From Trueperaceae bacterium (GTDB taxonomy: Bacteria; Deinococcota; Deinococci; Deinococcales; Trueperaceae): a stretch of 64,000 nucleotides of DNA. Below are positions 62,440 to 64,000 of this stretch, in pieces. The translations under genes were made by a program, and so were the position numbers. The stretch lies in the NCBI GenBank assembly GCA_965213705.1, contig OZ243913.1, positions 3,264,001-3,328,000 on the forward strand. The letters are read 5' to 3'. Every line of letters starts with the position of its first letter. Within the stretch, counting starts at the first letter, position 1. The notes beneath the pieces are model-generated. The model was not told the DNA's origin, made no database searches, and saw nothing but the letters and a program-made list of their open reading frames with translations.

Positions 62440-62943
62440 TCAAACTGCTCTCGTCAGTCTCAACTCGTGTACGCTCAAGTCGTTGCGCCACTGTTCGGTC
62501 TTGGTCACACCGTCGGCCTCGAAACCCGCGGCTTTGTAAAAACGCAGCGCGCGCTCGTTGCCGTCCAGCACCCACAGGGTGACCTCACGGTAGCCGCGCT
62601 CGAGCAACGCGCCTAAGTCGGCTTCCCACAGCGCCTTGCCCACACCCCGACCCCACACCTCCGGTAGGGCGTAAAGGGTCATAATTTCGGCCGCCCCCGA
62701 CTTGTCCTCGTCGCGGCACGGGCCGATGTTTGAAAACGCGACGACCTCGCCCGCGTTTTCAAAAACGAACACGGCTTGGGTGTCGTCTTGCAGGGTGCGC
62801 TGCCAGCCCAGCTCGCGCCGCTCGACGTTCAGACTGGCGAGCAAACTGGCGGGCAGCAAACCCTGGTACGCCGCCCGCCACGAAGCGACGTGAACGCGGG
62901 CGATGGCGGGGGCGTCTTCCGGGGTGGCGGGGCGAACGCTCAC
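62440..62943 (-). CDS. GNAT family N-acetyltransferase
   Basis: VRPATPEDA, WGRGVG, N-RA--FY---GF. Confidence 0.9.
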   Translation of the reverse strand: MSVRPATPEDAPAIARVHVASWRAAYQGLLPASLLASLNVERRELGWQRTLQDDTQAVFVFENAGEVVAFSNIGPCRDEDKSGAAEIMTLYALPEVWGRGVGKALWEADLGALLERGYREVTLWVLDGNERALRFYKAAGFEADGVTKTEQWRNDLSVHELRLTRAV

Positions 62944-62976
62944 TCGTCCCCGCACGTCGTCTCGAGACTCACAAGC

Positions 62977-63417
62977 TCATTTCTCCGCAGGCAGCAGCGT
63001 CGTCATCGTGGCGGTCATCAGGGCGACGTGTTTCCGTTGCGAACCCGTGAAGGCGTACACGTCGCCCTGGCACACCTTGAGGGTTCGGCCCGAGCGCAGC
63101 ACGCGGCCCGCAGCGCTAAAACGCTCGCCGACGGCGGGCGCTAGAAAGTTGACCTTGAACTCGACCGTGAGCACGTTCGCCTCCCTCGGCATAAGCGTCA
63201 GGGCGGCGTAACCGCAGGCGCTGTCTACAAGCGTCGTGACGACGCCCGCGTGCAAAAAACCGTCTTGCTGGGTGAGGTCGGCCCGGTAGGGCAAACCGAT
63301 TTCGACGCTGCCGGGGGTTACGAAAGTTACGGACGCGCCGAGCAGCGCCATGACCTTTTGCGCCGCAAAGCTTGTCCGAACCGCGGCGGCGTAGTCGGGG
63401 TTAAGAGCTTCGAACAT
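62977..63417 (-). CDS. PaaI family thioesterase
   Basis: QQDGFLHAGV----DSACG, TVEFKVNFL; leaderless ATG 63417 after TATGAT. Confidence 0.9.
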   Translation of the reverse strand: MFEALNPDYAAAVRTSFAAQKVMALLGASVTFVTPGSVEIGLPYRADLTQQDGFLHAGVVTTLVDSACGYAALTLMPREANVLTVEFKVNFLAPAVGERFSAAGRVLRSGRTLKVCQGDVYAFTGSQRKHVALMTATMTTLLPAEK

Positions 63418-63455
63418 CCCCGACATCATACGCGAAGCTCGGCTAGACTGGCCCT

Positions 63456-64000
63456 ATGAATGTGGAAGAGGTGAGTTTTAGCGGCGCGGTGCTGGCCGGC
63501 GGGTTTTCCAAGCGTTTCGGCAGCGACAAGGCGAGGTACGTCCTGGCCGGCCGAGCGCTGCTGACGCGGGTGTTGGACAGTTTGGCAGGGGCGGCCGAGC
63601 GCTTCGTCGTCGCAAACCGCGACTACGGCGAGTTCGGGGTGCCCGTTTATGCAGACATCTTGCCCACCCGGAGTCCGCTGAGCGGCGTTCACACGGCGCT
63701 GTGTCAGGCCAAAGAAGACTGGGTCGCGGTGGCGGCCTGCGACCTCCCCTACCTAACGCCCGAGTACTGGGCCGTCCTCGCCCGGCACCGTAACCGTAAA
63801 GGTGTGCAAGCGGTCGTAGTGGAAAGAGAGGGCGGGCTCGAGCCCCTGGCCGCCCTTTATCACCGCGACCTTGCAGACGAGGCCGCGCGGCGCTTGCAGC
63901 GCGGCGACTTGGCCGTTCACAGGTTCGTTGGTGAAATTAACGCCCACGTTTTGGACTGGGCGACCCTGGACTTGCCGCCCGACACCTTGACCAACCTAAA
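63456..64000 (+). CDS. mobA: Molybdenum cofactor guanylyltransferase, 3'-truncated by the window edge (absent from the ORF track)
   Basis: MNVEEVSFSGAVLAGGFSKRFGSDKA, PLSGV, ACDLP, EPL-ALY; leaderless after TAGACT. Confidence 0.88.
   Translation, partial: MNVEEVSFSGAVLAGGFSKRFGSDKARYVLAGRALLTRVLDSLAGAAERFVVANRDYGEFGVPVYADILPTRSPLSGVHTALCQAKEDWVAVAACDLPYLTPEYWAVLARHRNRKGVQAVVVEREGGLEPLAALYHRDLADEAARRLQRGDLAVHRFVGEINAHVLDWATLDLPPDTLTNL

Overview
GC-rich bacterial chromosomal segment. The gene content and the many leaderless genes (a -10 box 6-8 nt before the start codon) suggest Deinococcota, probably Truepera-like; this is inference. Main blocks: (1) 0.3-15.6 kb, an aromatic catabolic island in which an anthraniloyl-CoA (abm-type) operon is divergent from an operon encoding a split ThDP decarboxylase, an isatin-hydrolase-like cyclase, an alpha/beta hydrolase and a Liv-type ABC importer; (2) toxin-antitoxin genes and a promoter-bearing, highly structured ~200-nt non-coding element (6S-like candidate); (3) nagA/kinase/nagB, upp, an AT-rich orphan immunity-like gene, a wecA-like gene and wecB; (4) the four-gene exonuclease/ATP-ligase/Lhr-core helicase/PdeM repair operon, whose first gene appears to start at ATC, followed by a LOV blue-light histidine kinase and mnmH-selD; (5) a 14-kb general-stress/glycan block (GH1-like, GT4s, glf, channel, YciF, SDRs, Nth-like, uvsE); (6) Ktr/Trk K+ uptake, glgC, pgm, pckA, ppsR-ppsA, an IYD-like nitroreductase and a partial mobA. 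Across the window CTCGAG is strongly over-represented, GATC is rare, and period-7 tandem/inverted repeats sit at gene junctions. No CRISPR array, rRNA, tRNA or transposase was recognised. All calls come from reading the sequence; no database searches were run.
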